DNA of 64,000 nucleotides from Bacteroidales bacterium (GTDB lineage Bacteria; Bacteroidota; Bacteroidia; Bacteroidales; VadinHA17): NCBI GenBank assembly GCA_034005245.1, contig JAVEVC010000008.1, forward strand, positions 10,917-74,916. Direction: 5' to 3'. The notes under the pieces are model-generated. The model was not told where the DNA came from, did not search any database, and saw nothing but the letters and a program-made list of their open reading frames with translations. Both the position numbers and the translations under genes were made by a program. Below are positions 39,273 through 49,486 of this stretch, in pieces; the first letter of the stretch is position 1, and each line of letters starts with the position of its first letter.

Positions 39273-40481
39273 TTATTTGAACAAAAGGGAACTGTCGCCA
39301 TAGCTTAAAAACCTGAAATCATTATCGAGGGCGTAATTATATACTGTTTTCCATCTTTTCCCCAACCATGCTGCAACAAGAAGGATGAGAGTGCTTCCGG
39401 GAAGATGAAAATTGGTAATCATTGCGCTGGTAAGCCTGAATTCATATCCTGGAACAATAATTATTCCCGTAGTCGCATTAATGGCAGACATATTGGATGA
39501 TTCCATTGCCTCCAGCAAAAAACCCAGCGATTCTGAGGTAGTTATTTCACTTTTAATCTGGTAGGGATCCCATTGACCAGTAAAAAGCCTGTCAAGGCTG
39601 TTTATTTTACGATCACCTATTTGTGTTCCAAGCCAGTAAAGGCTTTCAATTGTTCTTACCGCTGTAGTCCCCACAGGTATTATATGCCCGTTGTATTCTT
39701 TGATAAGCTTTATTGTTTCCTTCGGAACAGAATAATGCTCATGATGCATTTTGTGATCAGATATATTTCTTGCTTTTACCGGCTGGAATGTTCCTGCACC
39801 AACATGTAGCGTCAGTTCGGTGGTTTTAATTCCTCTCAGGGCAAGATCATGAAGTACTTTCTCAGAGAAATGCAGGCCTGCAGTGGGTGCAGCCACCGAG
39901 CCTTTTATTCTTGAATAAACGGTCTGGTAACGTTTTGCGTCATCATCATTGTCTGCCCTTGTGATATATGGCGGGAGAGGTACGTGTCCGGAAGATTCAA
40001 TCACCTGCCCGAACTCAATATCAGCATTATCCCATTCAAATCTTATGTCGCAGGTGTCGACATCCTGCCCAATCTTTTCAGCTGTCAGAAGGAATTTTTG
40101 CTTCCCCGATCCGAAAACTCCTGAGATTTTATTGTTTTTCCATTTCTTAAGATTACCGACCATGCACTTCCATTGCACTGGCGGGCCGGAGCACAGTGAT
40201 GACTCATAGCTGCCAGGCAAGTGTGGCTCAAGGCACAGAAGTTCAATTGTCGCCCCGGATTCTTTTGCAAACAGAATTCTTGCCCTGATGACACGGGTGT
40301 TGTTAAAGACCATTAACGAATCCTGAGGGATATGTCTTCCAATATTAATAAAAGAATCGGTTGAGATACTATCCCCCTGATTTACGAGGAGTTTTGACTT
40401 ATCTCTTTCCGATAATGGAAATTGGGCAATTTTCTCCCCGGGAAGCACATATTTGTATTCATTAAGATCTATATCAACCAT
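39273..40481 (-). CDS. queA: S-adenosylmethionine:tRNA ribosyltransferase-isomerase
   Basis: YVLPGEKIAQFP, GHVPLPPYI, YQTVY, VAAPTAGLHF and GAGTF.PV motifs. Confidence 0.93.
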   Translation of the reverse strand: MVDIDLNEYKYVLPGEKIAQFPLSERDKSKLLVNQGDSISTDSFINIGRHIPQDSLMVFNNTRVIRARILFAKESGATIELLCLEPHLPGSYESSLCSGPPVQWKCMVGNLKKWKNNKISGVFGSGKQKFLLTAEKIGQDVDTCDIRFEWDNADIEFGQVIESSGHVPLPPYITRADNDDDAKRYQTVYSRIKGSVAAPTAGLHFSEKVLHDLALRGIKTTELTLHVGAGTFQPVKARNISDHKMHHEHYSVPKETIKLIKEYNGHIIPVGTTAVRTIESLYWLGTQIGDRKINSLDRLFTGQWDPYQIKSEITTSESLGFLLEAMESSNMSAINATTGIIIVPGYEFRLTSAMITNFHLPGSTLILLVAAWLGKRWKTVYNYALDNDFRFLSYGDSSLLFK

Positions 40482-40610
40482 CAGGTATTTTTAGTATAAT
40501 CTTCGATTTATGAATGATTACCTGTGAAATGCTTTGGATTTCGAACCTGGTTTTCGGTGGTGGCAAAAGTAGTCATAAAAGGTTAATTTTTTACTCCTCC
40601 TGTTTAATTG

Positions 40611-40618
40611 TATCTTTG
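40611..40618 (+). promoter_or_regulatory. -7 promoter box (TATCTTTG) for RNase P RNA
   Basis: TAnnTTTG ends 4-6 nt before the predicted 5' end of the P1 helix, as expected for a Bacteroidota transcription start. Confidence 0.45.
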
Positions 40619-40621
40619 TAT

Positions 40622-41010
40622 CGCAGCTGGCTGTCCCATCGTCGCGTAAATTTTACGGGAAGGAAAGTCCGGACAACACAGAGCACCATGCTTCCCAACA
40701 GGAAGATATCCGTGAGGGTATAGTAGTGCAACAGAAAATAACCGTCAGCTATTCCGATAATATCGGGAGGCAGACAAGGGTGAAAAGGTAAGGTAAGAGC
40801 TTACCGGTTCTGCTGGTGACAGCGGAAGCCGTGCACCTGATGGGTTGAAAGATCATGTATACCGGCGCTGAGGATTGCTCGTCCGATGCCGGGGGGTGGA
40901 TCGTATGATCGGTGCAGTGATGCACTGGCTAGATAAATGATGGGAGCCTGTTCTATTATCTCTTGTAGATGTCTGGACAGTTACAGAATCCGGCTTACAG
41001 GCCCGCTGCA
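40622..41010 (+). ncRNA. rnpB: RNase P RNA, bacterial type A
   Basis: Universally conserved blocks are present: GGAAAGTCCGGAC (P4 5' strand), ACAGAAAATAACCG, AGGGTGAAAAGGT, GGTAAGAGC and ACAGAATCCGGCTTACAG (P4 3' strand). The P1 pairing is GCAGCTGGC...GCCCGCTGC, and a T-rich tract follows. Confidence 0.9.
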
Positions 41011-41037
41011 CTTTTTGTTTTTAGCCGCATGCAAAGA

Positions 41038-41742
41038 TTATCTGATGCTAAAAGCATTGTCGTCAACGGGGATGTCGACCTCAACCTTGTCGAAGGTAAT
41101 TACGGCGGCATCCATACCATTGGCTTTAGCCAGAGTTTTCATAGGCATTACAACACCATCCGTTTCGGTGTAGTCTGACATATATGATTCCATCCGTATA
41201 GGTGTTCCCATCTGAGTAACTGAGGTGGATGTTTTTAACAGCAGGCATGAATTCTTATCCAGATATAAGAATACAGGGTTGCCTCCTTCAATTTCTGCCT
41301 TCAGCTTATAAGCAGCTTTCCCGTTCACGTTTTCCTCGCCTTCAAGGGTCAGCTTGCCGTTCTGATAATACCTCATCAGTTCATTGCTGAAGATATTGCT
41401 GTTCTGAACCTGCTTGAGCTGGTAATCTTTAAGCTCAACAGGTTTCGACGATCCTGTCATCGGATTGATAGAATATCCTTTTACCCCGTCAAATACTGAA
41501 ATTATTTCCCTCCCGTTGAACTTATTAACTACTTTTACCTTATTGGGATTTTTCATGATCATTGTCAATGGCATTTCCATACCCATTGCAGATGTTTTAC
41601 CGGTAATCCTGACTGTGGAGACAGATGAAAGCCTGTCAGCTTTTATCGCGGATGAATATTTCTTTACGATTTCCTCAAGTGTCTGTGCTTTCAGGAAGAC
41701 AGAAACAAAAAGCAGCAGAATAATGGTTGGGATTTTTTTCAT
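41038..41742 (-). CDS. Secreted protein, LolA-like / lipoprotein-sorting-fold candidate (hypothetical)
   Basis: 234 aa with a signal peptide (MKKIPTIILLLFVSVFLKAQ) and beta-rich composition. The family call is only by general resemblance. Confidence 0.5.
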   Translation of the reverse strand: MKKIPTIILLLFVSVFLKAQTLEEIVKKYSSAIKADRLSSVSTVRITGKTSAMGMEMPLTMIMKNPNKVKVVNKFNGREIISVFDGVKGYSINPMTGSSKPVELKDYQLKQVQNSNIFSNELMRYYQNGKLTLEGEENVNGKAAYKLKAEIEGGNPVFLYLDKNSCLLLKTSTSVTQMGTPIRMESYMSDYTETDGVVMPMKTLAKANGMDAAVITFDKVEVDIPVDDNAFSIR

Positions 41743-41762
41743 GTGAGCCAGATTATTATTTG

Positions 41763-42596
41763 TTATTCAAAGGTGTTTACGACACTTTTGAGTGCAGTAA
41801 GCTTTTTCAGAAGCGATTCAAGGAAAGTTAATTTAAGCATATTAGCGCCATCTGATTTTGCAGTGGAAGGTTCGGGATGGGTTTCGATAAAGATGCCGTC
41901 AGCACCCACGCTTACAGCTGCTCTGCCGATGGTCTCTATCATTTCGGGATTACCTCCTGATATTCCGGCATCCTGGTTTGGCTGCTGGAGTGAATGGGTT
42001 AAATCCATAATTACCGGAAATCCCGTATGCTGCATTATCGGAATATTTCTGAAGTCAACCACCAGGTCCTGGTACCCGAACATGTTGCCCCTGTCGGTAA
42101 GCAATATTTTATTATTTCCGGCGGCTGTTACCTTTTCGACAGCAAACCGCATGGATGAACCAGAGAGAAACTGCCCTTTCTTGATGTTTATCCATTTGCC
42201 GGTCCTGGCTGCAGCTATGAGAAGATCTGTCTGACGGCATAGAAAAGCGGGTATCTGAAGTATATCAGCATATTCTGCGGCAATGTCCGCTTCCTCAGGA
42301 TTATGGATATCAGTAATGACAGGAATACCAAAACTACTTCGTATACCTGAAAGTATCCTCAGAGCCGCCACGTCACCAATCCCTGTAAACGAATCGGCCC
42401 TTGACCTGTTGGCTTTCCTGTAGGATGCCTTAAAAACATAAGGTATTTTGTATTTGTCAGATAATCTGTTTATCTGTTCAGCTATTCCATATGTTATTTC
42501 TTCATTTTCAACAACGCAGGGACCTGCAATGAGAAGAAAGTTACCTTCATTTGCATATTTTATCCCAGGGATGTTTTTTATTTCGACTTTTTTCAT
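41763..42596 (-). CDS. kdsA: 3-deoxy-8-phosphooctulonate (KDO8P) synthase
   Basis: 277 aa with GPCVVE, FKASYRKANRS, ITDIH, LQIPAFLCRQTDL, KKGQF and THSLQQP blocks. Confidence 0.95.
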   Translation of the reverse strand: MKKVEIKNIPGIKYANEGNFLLIAGPCVVENEEITYGIAEQINRLSDKYKIPYVFKASYRKANRSRADSFTGIGDVAALRILSGIRSSFGIPVITDIHNPEEADIAAEYADILQIPAFLCRQTDLLIAAARTGKWINIKKGQFLSGSSMRFAVEKVTAAGNNKILLTDRGNMFGYQDLVVDFRNIPIMQHTGFPVIMDLTHSLQQPNQDAGISGGNPEMIETIGRAAVSVGADGIFIETHPEPSTAKSDGANMLKLTFLESLLKKLTALKSVVNTFE

Positions 42597-42757
42597 TGAA
42601 TGGCTGAGATTATTATTGCAACTATTAATTCTTCATTCTGCCGCAACCTTGATAATATAAAATATAAACTGGCAATTATGGCTTTTATTTCAGATAGACA
42701 TTCTTAAATATTATTTTAAGCCCGATGAACATTATTTACAGACTGTCTGAATATCAG

Positions 42758-44074
42758 TTAAATATCACCACTGTTGTTCTGGTAGTCATAAAAACCATCC
42801 CACATTTTCGCGAGCCTTTTACGTATTTCATCCTCCTTCTGGTTAATGCCAGGATTATAGAACAAATTTCCCTTTAATTCTTCCGGAAGGAAATTATCCG
42901 GAAAAAAATTGCCTTTAAAGCTATGCGCGTACTTATAGTCTTTTCCGTATCCGATATTCTTCATGAGGTTTGAAGGAGCATTTCTCAGATGCAGGGGTAC
43001 AGGCAGATCTCCTTTTGATTCAACCATTGCAAGTGCATTTTCCATAGCCATGTACGAAGAATTGCTTTTAGGCGAGATTGCAAGATAGATAGCTGTTTCA
43101 GAAAGTATTAATCTTGATTCAGGCCATCCAATGACTTTAACGGCATTAAAGCATGCCTGGGCCAGAAGCAGGGCATTTGGATTTGCCAGTCCAATATCTT
43201 CCGATGCAAGTATCAGCATCCGTCTTGCAATAAATGCAGGATCTTCTCCTCCCGCCACCATCCTTGCAAGCCAGTAAACGGTTGCATTTGGATCGCTTCC
43301 TCTCATTGATTTGATGAATGCCGATATTATGTCGTAATGAAGCTCTCCGTTCTTGTCGTACATGGCAAGGTTCTTCTGTACGTGGTGCAATACCTTTTCA
43401 TTATCTATTATTATCCTCTCTGATCCAATAGTGTCAGCTTCGGCAGATACAACCAGCTCAAGGGCGTTGTAAAGCTTTCTTGCATCACCGCCCGATATAC
43501 GCAGCAAGGCTTCAGATTCCTTAATTTCAAGCTTATAGTTTTTCAGGTATTCATCCTTATGAATGGCTTTTTCAAGAAGGGCAAGAAGTTCAGCTTCATT
43601 AAGAGGATTCATAACATAAACCTGGCATCTGCTTAAAAGAGGGGGGATTACCTCAAAAGATGGATTCTCGGTCGTGGCGCCAATGAGTGTTATTATACCC
43701 TGCTCAACCGAACCCAGAAGCGAATCCTGCTGTGACTTGTTGAACCTGTGTATTTCATCAATGAAAAGCACGGGATTTGGCTGGTTGAAGAACTGTTGTT
43801 TTTTTGCCTTTTCAATAGTTTCCCTGACATCCTTTACGCCCGAATGCACGGCACTTAAATGGAAAAACGGCCTTTTCAACTTGTTTGCTATTATCCATGC
43901 AAGAGTTGTCTTACCTACTCCCGGAGGACCCCATAAAATAAATGAAGGGAGATTCCCTGATTCTATCATTTTCCTTAAAACGCCGTCTTTACCGACAAGA
44001 TGGTCCTGTCCGCAAAACTCATTAAGGTTTTTCGGTCTTAACCTGTCGGCAAGAGGTTGATTTGCAAGCATCAT
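42758..44074 (-). CDS. rarA: Replication-associated recombination protein A (AAA+ ATPase)
   Basis: LADRLRP, Walker A GPPGVGKTT, Walker B LFIDEIHRFNK, GATTENPSF, and the MgsA C-terminal YAHSF-type block. Confidence 0.93.
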   Translation of the reverse strand: MMLANQPLADRLRPKNLNEFCGQDHLVGKDGVLRKMIESGNLPSFILWGPPGVGKTTLAWIIANKLKRPFFHLSAVHSGVKDVRETIEKAKKQQFFNQPNPVLFIDEIHRFNKSQQDSLLGSVEQGIITLIGATTENPSFEVIPPLLSRCQVYVMNPLNEAELLALLEKAIHKDEYLKNYKLEIKESEALLRISGGDARKLYNALELVVSAEADTIGSERIIIDNEKVLHHVQKNLAMYDKNGELHYDIISAFIKSMRGSDPNATVYWLARMVAGGEDPAFIARRMLILASEDIGLANPNALLLAQACFNAVKVIGWPESRLILSETAIYLAISPKSNSSYMAMENALAMVESKGDLPVPLHLRNAPSNLMKNIGYGKDYKYAHSFKGNFFPDNFLPEELKGNLFYNPGINQKEDEIRKRLAKMWDGFYDYQNNSGDI

Positions 44075-44300
44075 TTACAGTTTGTGCAAAAATAATAAAA
44101 ACATTAATCTCTGGTCATTTCTTATAAGGTTCCGGATTATGTGGTCTGGTATCCGGATTTGTCTGCCGGCATCATTAAAACGGTCATTTTCCTGCCCTTG
44201 CAAAAATTTATTTTCAGTTTATTAAAATAAATTAATACATTTAACAGTTAATAAAATCTGGATTAACAGCAGTATTTGAGAATTTTCAGAAATTATCAAT

Positions 44301-45455
44301 ATGAAAAAACCTCTTCTTATAGCATTAATCATCCTGGTATTGATATTTGCTCTGCCTTTGATTAATTTAATCAGGTGGACGTTTCAGGAGAAGAGACCAA
44401 TGGATATTGCGATAGTTGATAAAACAGTTCCAAACCTCGAGCGCCTCAAGCATAAGTCTTTCGTATGGATCCTGAACAATGGGAGATTTGTTAAAAGTGA
44501 AAAGAAAAGAAGCTACTCCTTCAGGAAGGATTATTATGGATTTTCTCCGACCAGGCCTTTAAAGGAGAGAGGAAGTATTACCAAAGAATACCGCCTGTCT
44601 GAGTTGATCGATCTTCCTGAAAAGGTTGATGCCCTTTATATTACTGATACTTATGGGGTCTTTTTCAACGATTGGTGGGCAGGAATTAACCAGAGCCGAA
44701 GGTCCAGAAAGTTGTACGGAGGCCTTAACAATACCGACTACCTGTTTGTGAACGAAATGAAAAACCGGAATAAGCTGGTCATTCTTGAGAATAATACACT
44801 TGATTATCCTACAACCTCTTTTGAATCTTACCGGACACAGGAAAAACTGGGTATTAAATACTCGGGATGGAGCGGACGCTATTTCCAGAAGCTTGATACC
44901 TTGAGTGATAACTTCCCTGTATGGATGACAGCGATGTACAGGAAGCAGTATAGTGAGCCCTGGACATTCAAGAAAGCTGGGATCGTGTTTCTTACAGAAA
45001 AACAGATCATAGTGCTTGAAGAGGGTACGCATCTGAAAAATCCGATTCCCCGTATCCTTACAGATGAAACTAACTGCTCCAGATTTGGTGTAGCACCCTC
45101 GGTGGCCTATGCTAACTGCTTTGAGGTAATCGATCCTTTGCAGAATAACGTAATTTCCAGATTTAGCATTGAAACAACCGACATGGGTGATACTCTGCTT
45201 CAGAGATTTATGCTTAGCAACAGTTTTCCTGCGGTAACAGAGGATCCTGTTTCGCAAAGGACTTACTATTTTGCCGGTGATTTTGCGACCAATAAAGTCC
45301 GCTTCTGCACCTCGAGGCTGAAGGGATTCCATAAGCTTAAAGGAATTCTCTATTCTGATAAACCCGATGATACCAGAAGGTTTTTCTGGCTCTACTATAA
45401 ACCACTAGTTAACACAATCTTTACAGATTACTATAATTCTCTTGGTAAGAAATAA
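44301..45455 (+). CDS. Hypothetical protein with N-terminal membrane anchor
   Basis: 384 aa with a single N-terminal TM helix (LLIALIILVLIFALPLINLI). The composition is protein-like, and the antisense 257-aa ORF looks like a shadow. Confidence 0.55.
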   Translation: MKKPLLIALIILVLIFALPLINLIRWTFQEKRPMDIAIVDKTVPNLERLKHKSFVWILNNGRFVKSEKKRSYSFRKDYYGFSPTRPLKERGSITKEYRLSELIDLPEKVDALYITDTYGVFFNDWWAGINQSRRSRKLYGGLNNTDYLFVNEMKNRNKLVILENNTLDYPTTSFESYRTQEKLGIKYSGWSGRYFQKLDTLSDNFPVWMTAMYRKQYSEPWTFKKAGIVFLTEKQIIVLEEGTHLKNPIPRILTDETNCSRFGVAPSVAYANCFEVIDPLQNNVISRFSIETTDMGDTLLQRFMLSNSFPAVTEDPVSQRTYYFAGDFATNKVRFCTSRLKGFHKLKGILYSDKPDDTRRFFWLYYKPLVNTIFTDYYNSLGKK

Positions 45456-45546
45456 CCTTTTCTGAGTCTGATTGTTAGGGGAGGACCGGTTTGTCAAAAC
45501 CTGTCCTTTTTTACTATATTTACGGGCAATAAACCTGATGCATGCG

Positions 45547-46317
45547 ATGAAAATATCCCTGATACAACAAAACATAGTCTGGGAAGACCGGTCAATAAAT
45601 CTGGAGAATCTTGAGAGGGAAATCTCAAAGGTCCCATCAGGAACCGACATTGTGGCCTTTCCTGAAATGTTCACAACAGGATTTTCAATGAATCCCGGAA
45701 TCCTGTCGGAAGCCCCTGAAACCATAACATACAAATGGATGCAGAAGGTTTCGGCGGAGGGCGGATTTGCTGTTTGCGGCAGTTATATAGTAAAAGAAGA
45801 AGGCTCCTATTACAACAGGTGGGTTTTTGTTGGACCGGAAGGAGATTCATGGTCCTATGACAAGAGACATCTTTTCAGCCTTAGCGGAGAGGATAAAGTT
45901 TTTAGAAAGGGATATGGGAGAATTGTCTTTTCGTTCAGAGGAGTCAGAATCTGCCCCTTCATTTGCTATGACCTACGTTTCCCCGTATGGGTACGAAACA
46001 GGAATGAATATGATTTACTGATCATTGCAGCAAATTGGCCTGCCAGCAGGAGCGGGGTGTGGATGACATTATTGAAAGCCAGGGCTATTGAGAATCAATG
46101 TTATGTGGTTGGAGTCAACAGGGTAGGCACGGATGGAAGAGATATCAGGTATAAAGGAGATTCAATGATAATTGATCCGTTTGGCGAAATAATTATTCAT
46201 GCAGATGATAATAAAGCTTGTGTGATTTCAGCTGATATTTCACTTAAGGAACTTAAGCGCTTCCGTGATAATTTTCCAGTGGCCAGGGATTCCGATAATT
46301 TCACAATTGACATTTGA
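45547..46317 (+). CDS. Carbon-nitrogen hydrolase (nitrilase superfamily, omega-amidase YafV-like)
   Basis: MKISLIQQNIVWED, FPEMF, ICYDLRFP (catalytic Cys) and VGVNRVG. I trimmed the start to the ATG at 45547 (alternative 45538). Confidence 0.85.
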   Translation: MKISLIQQNIVWEDRSINLENLEREISKVPSGTDIVAFPEMFTTGFSMNPGILSEAPETITYKWMQKVSAEGGFAVCGSYIVKEEGSYYNRWVFVGPEGDSWSYDKRHLFSLSGEDKVFRKGYGRIVFSFRGVRICPFICYDLRFPVWVRNRNEYDLLIIAANWPASRSGVWMTLLKARAIENQCYVVGVNRVGTDGRDIRYKGDSMIIDPFGEIIIHADDNKACVISADISLKELKRFRDNFPVARDSDNFTIDI

Positions 46318-46359
46318 CCGATATAGTAATTGATTGCCGGAATCTGAAAGGCTGATACT

Positions 46360-49308
46360 TCAATCTTTATCCCTCAGGGCCTCGCAGAGAATTTCAACCG
46401 GGTGTTTTGCCTTCCTTCCTGTGCCATCTTCAATATGATGCCTGCAACTGGTTCCCGGAGCAGCAATGACTGTTCCAGGAGGAGAATTACGTATCTCGGG
46501 GAAAAGGACCAGTTCTCCTATCTTTTTAGAAAGCTCATAATGTTCCTTTTCATATCCGAATGAACCTGCCATGCCGCAGCAACCTGAAGGGATCTCTTTA
46601 ACTGTATAATTTTCAGGTATCGACAGCATTCCAATAGTCGGGGCTGATGATGCAACAGCCTTCTGCTGGCAATGGGCGTGCAACAGTATCGTAGTGGCAT
46701 TCGAGGTGAAAGATTCCTTATTTATTCTGCCTTTAGCATACTCGTTCATAATGAATTCTTCAACCAGGAAGCAGTTGCTTGCAAGCTTTAGCGATTTATC
46801 CCTGAATTCCTTTCCTGCAAGGTCCGGGTATTCATCCCTGAAACTAAGAATAGCCGAAGGTTCGATTCCTATAAGCGGCAAATCTTCAGATATCCTTTCC
46901 GAAAAGGTTTGCACGTTTTTGATTGCAATTTGTTTTGCTCTCCTTAAAAAACCTTTTGATATGAATGTTCTTCCACTGAGGTCATTGTCTAAGGTGATAA
47001 CTTTGTAATTCAGGGCATTAAGCAACCTGACTGTTTTTATTCCTATAATTGTATCATTGTAATCCGTCATTTCATCTATGAAAAGGCAGACCGATCCTTG
47101 TGGATCAGGCGGATTGTATTTTGAAAGATTGTTTCTGATCCATTTTCGGAATGTTGTTTTGTAAAGCAGGGGGATGCTTCTCTCAGGGGCAAATCCAATG
47201 ATTCTTTTCATAAGTCCGGATGTAACTTTATTCTTCAGGAAGAAATTGTATACAGCCGGGAATAATGATCCCAGTTTGTTAAATGATGATATATAAGCTA
47301 TCAGGAATGATCTGAGGGGAATTCCATTTTTGTCATGCCAGTGTTGCAGAAACTCTGATTTTATTTTTGCAATATCCACACCTGAAGGACATTCTGATTT
47401 GCATCCCTTGCATGACAGGCACAGGTCAAGTATGTCGTAGATCTCCCTGTGATCCCACGGATCCGTTCCGGCACTCATGTATTCCCTTAATACATTAGCT
47501 CTTGCTCTGGTACTGTTGTATTCATCTCCCGTAGCCATATAGCTCGGGCACATCAAACCTCCGATCTTGACGCTTTTTCTGCAGTCAGCTGTTCCGTTGC
47601 ATTTTTCAGCTGCCCTGATAATGCCACCTGTTGATGAGAAATCATAAATTGTGTCTGTTTCTCTTGTTTTTACTCCTGGAATATACCTCAGAGAGGTGTT
47701 CATGCCGGGTGTGTCGGTAATTTTTCCAGGATTCAGCAGATTGTACGGGTCCCAGCATTTCTTGATACATTTAAAAAGCCCGTATATTTTCTCGCCGAAC
47801 ATTATGGGGATAAACTCTCCTCTTAATCTTCCATCGCCATGTTCGCCGCTGAGAGATCCCCTGTATTTTTTGACAAGCCTGGCAGTCTCAAGTCCTATAG
47901 TCCGGAAGAGAGCAACATCATCAGGATTCTTAAGATTGAGAACAGGCCTTATGTGCAGTTCACCGGTGCCGATATGGGCGTGATATACTGAATCCTTACC
48001 GTATGATGCAAGCAGCTGAGAAAGATCGTTGACGTATGACGGCAGGTCGTTGACCCTTACGGCAGTATCTTCAATAAGCGAAACAGGCCTGGCATCTCCT
48101 TTCATATTTCCAAGTATCCCAAGTCCTGCTTTCCGCAATGCCCACACATTAGCCATTCTCTTTCCCTTTACCACAGGGTACGCATACCCTGTCCCTGCTG
48201 CCTTTAAACTACTGATCAATAGGCCTGTCAGGGTATCAAGCTCTTCTTCCGAATTACAGGCAAATTCAACAATGGTTATGGCTCCGGGATCTCCTTCAAG
48301 AAAGAACCTGTTGTTTTTCTGGCTAAGATTTCCTTTTGTCAGTTCAAGGATCCTGTTGTCCATCATTTCCACTGCTGCAGGCCCGAATTCCAGTGCAGTC
48401 AGGTTTGCCCTGAATGCTTCATCCCTCTCCCTGTGATGGATACAAACGAGTGCCCTGTGTGAAGGAGGAAGGGATACAAGATTCAGCTTTATCTCAGTAG
48501 TTATTGCCAGAGTCCCTTCGGATCCTGCCAGAAGCCTGCAAAAGTTGAAATCATTGTTGGAATCTTTGTTAAAAACATTTGAATCAAGAAGAAGGTCCAG
48601 AGCGTACCCATTATTGCGTCTTGGTATTTCCGGATAGGGAAATTCCTGATTAATGGAATCCCTGTTACCTTTATCATCAAGTATTTCGGCGATATTTCTG
48701 TAAACAACACCTTCGAGGGTACCGGGAACGCATTTTTCACGGAACTGTTTTAAATTTAGAGGCCCGAACACAGCTTCACTGCAGTCGCTTAATATGGTTT
48801 TAAGTTCAATAAGGTGTTCCCTGGTTGATCCGTATACCAGGGAATGTGAACCGCATGAATTATTGCCTACCATTCCGCCGATGTTGCACCTGCTTGAGGT
48901 TGATGTTTCAGGTCCGAAAAACAGGCCGTATGGTTTTAGTGCCATGTTTAGTTCGTCGAGTACAACTCCGGGTTCAACTCTTGCCCATTTCTCGCCCGGG
49001 TTTATTTCAAGAATGCGATTCATATATCTCGAAACATCTGCAATAATTCCTGAACTGACAACCTGTCCGGCCAATGATGTGCCGGCAGCCCTTATGGTCA
49101 GGGATGTTTTTTCAGCCCTGGCAAATGACAGCAGCTTCTTTAGGTCGGCCGTTCCCCTTGGCCAGGCTACCGCAAATGGCTGTTCCTTGTAGTCAGAGGC
49201 GTCAGTTGAATATATTGTTCTTGTTACAGAGTCATATTTCAGTTCTCCTTCCAGTTCCAGCTTTAACGCTTCCAGATGCTTTTGACACTGATTCATTAGT
49301 ATCGTCAT
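46360..49308 (-). CDS. FAD-binding plus Fe-S (CCG-domain) 2-hydroxyacid-type oxidoreductase, YdiJ-like architecture
   Basis: 982 aa. It has an N-terminal FAD_binding_4-like domain (IGGMVGNNSCGSHS), a ferredoxin motif (CLSCKGCKSECPSG) and C-terminal cysteine-rich CCG repeats (CCGMAGSFG). Confidence 0.8.
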   Translation of the reverse strand: MTILMNQCQKHLEALKLELEGELKYDSVTRTIYSTDASDYKEQPFAVAWPRGTADLKKLLSFARAEKTSLTIRAAGTSLAGQVVSSGIIADVSRYMNRILEINPGEKWARVEPGVVLDELNMALKPYGLFFGPETSTSSRCNIGGMVGNNSCGSHSLVYGSTREHLIELKTILSDCSEAVFGPLNLKQFREKCVPGTLEGVVYRNIAEILDDKGNRDSINQEFPYPEIPRRNNGYALDLLLDSNVFNKDSNNDFNFCRLLAGSEGTLAITTEIKLNLVSLPPSHRALVCIHHRERDEAFRANLTALEFGPAAVEMMDNRILELTKGNLSQKNNRFFLEGDPGAITIVEFACNSEEELDTLTGLLISSLKAAGTGYAYPVVKGKRMANVWALRKAGLGILGNMKGDARPVSLIEDTAVRVNDLPSYVNDLSQLLASYGKDSVYHAHIGTGELHIRPVLNLKNPDDVALFRTIGLETARLVKKYRGSLSGEHGDGRLRGEFIPIMFGEKIYGLFKCIKKCWDPYNLLNPGKITDTPGMNTSLRYIPGVKTRETDTIYDFSSTGGIIRAAEKCNGTADCRKSVKIGGLMCPSYMATGDEYNSTRARANVLREYMSAGTDPWDHREIYDILDLCLSCKGCKSECPSGVDIAKIKSEFLQHWHDKNGIPLRSFLIAYISSFNKLGSLFPAVYNFFLKNKVTSGLMKRIIGFAPERSIPLLYKTTFRKWIRNNLSKYNPPDPQGSVCLFIDEMTDYNDTIIGIKTVRLLNALNYKVITLDNDLSGRTFISKGFLRRAKQIAIKNVQTFSERISEDLPLIGIEPSAILSFRDEYPDLAGKEFRDKSLKLASNCFLVEEFIMNEYAKGRINKESFTSNATTILLHAHCQQKAVASSAPTIGMLSIPENYTVKEIPSGCCGMAGSFGYEKEHYELSKKIGELVLFPEIRNSPPGTVIAAPGTSCRHHIEDGTGRKAKHPVEILCEALRDKD

Positions 49309-49442
49309 TTAAGGAGTCAAAATTAAAAATGATTTGGTAGAATATCAGGTTATAAGTTCGTATTAGCTTCTATCGATAAAAAAAAACGAAAGTCTGACAA
49401 TAATCATGATGAGCTTAATTGTTTAATCGGACTTTTTTTTTG

Positions 49443-49450
49443 TACATTTG
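49443..49450 (+). promoter_or_regulatory. -7 promoter box (TACATTTG) upstream of pta
   Basis: TAnnTTTG match 37 nt upstream of the pta ATG. Confidence 0.35.
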
Positions 49451-49486
49451 AACAAAATTAGATATTCTTTAAATTATTGATATACA

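Noticed and set aside
40514-41178. Three 69-78-aa plus-strand ORFs around 40.5-41.2 kb
   Set aside because: They overlap the RNase P RNA gene, whose conserved sequence blocks and P1/P4 pairings explain the region. The 41038-41742 minus-strand gene explains the rest.
41743-42234. 163-aa plus-strand ORF
   Set aside because: It is antisense to kdsA, which has unambiguous KDO8P synthase motifs.
44559-45332. 257-aa minus-strand ORF antisense to the 384-aa hypothetical gene
   Set aside because: The antisense translation is Arg/Cys/Lys-rich with junk-like composition. The plus-strand product has an N-terminal TM anchor and globular-like composition, so I kept the plus-strand gene.
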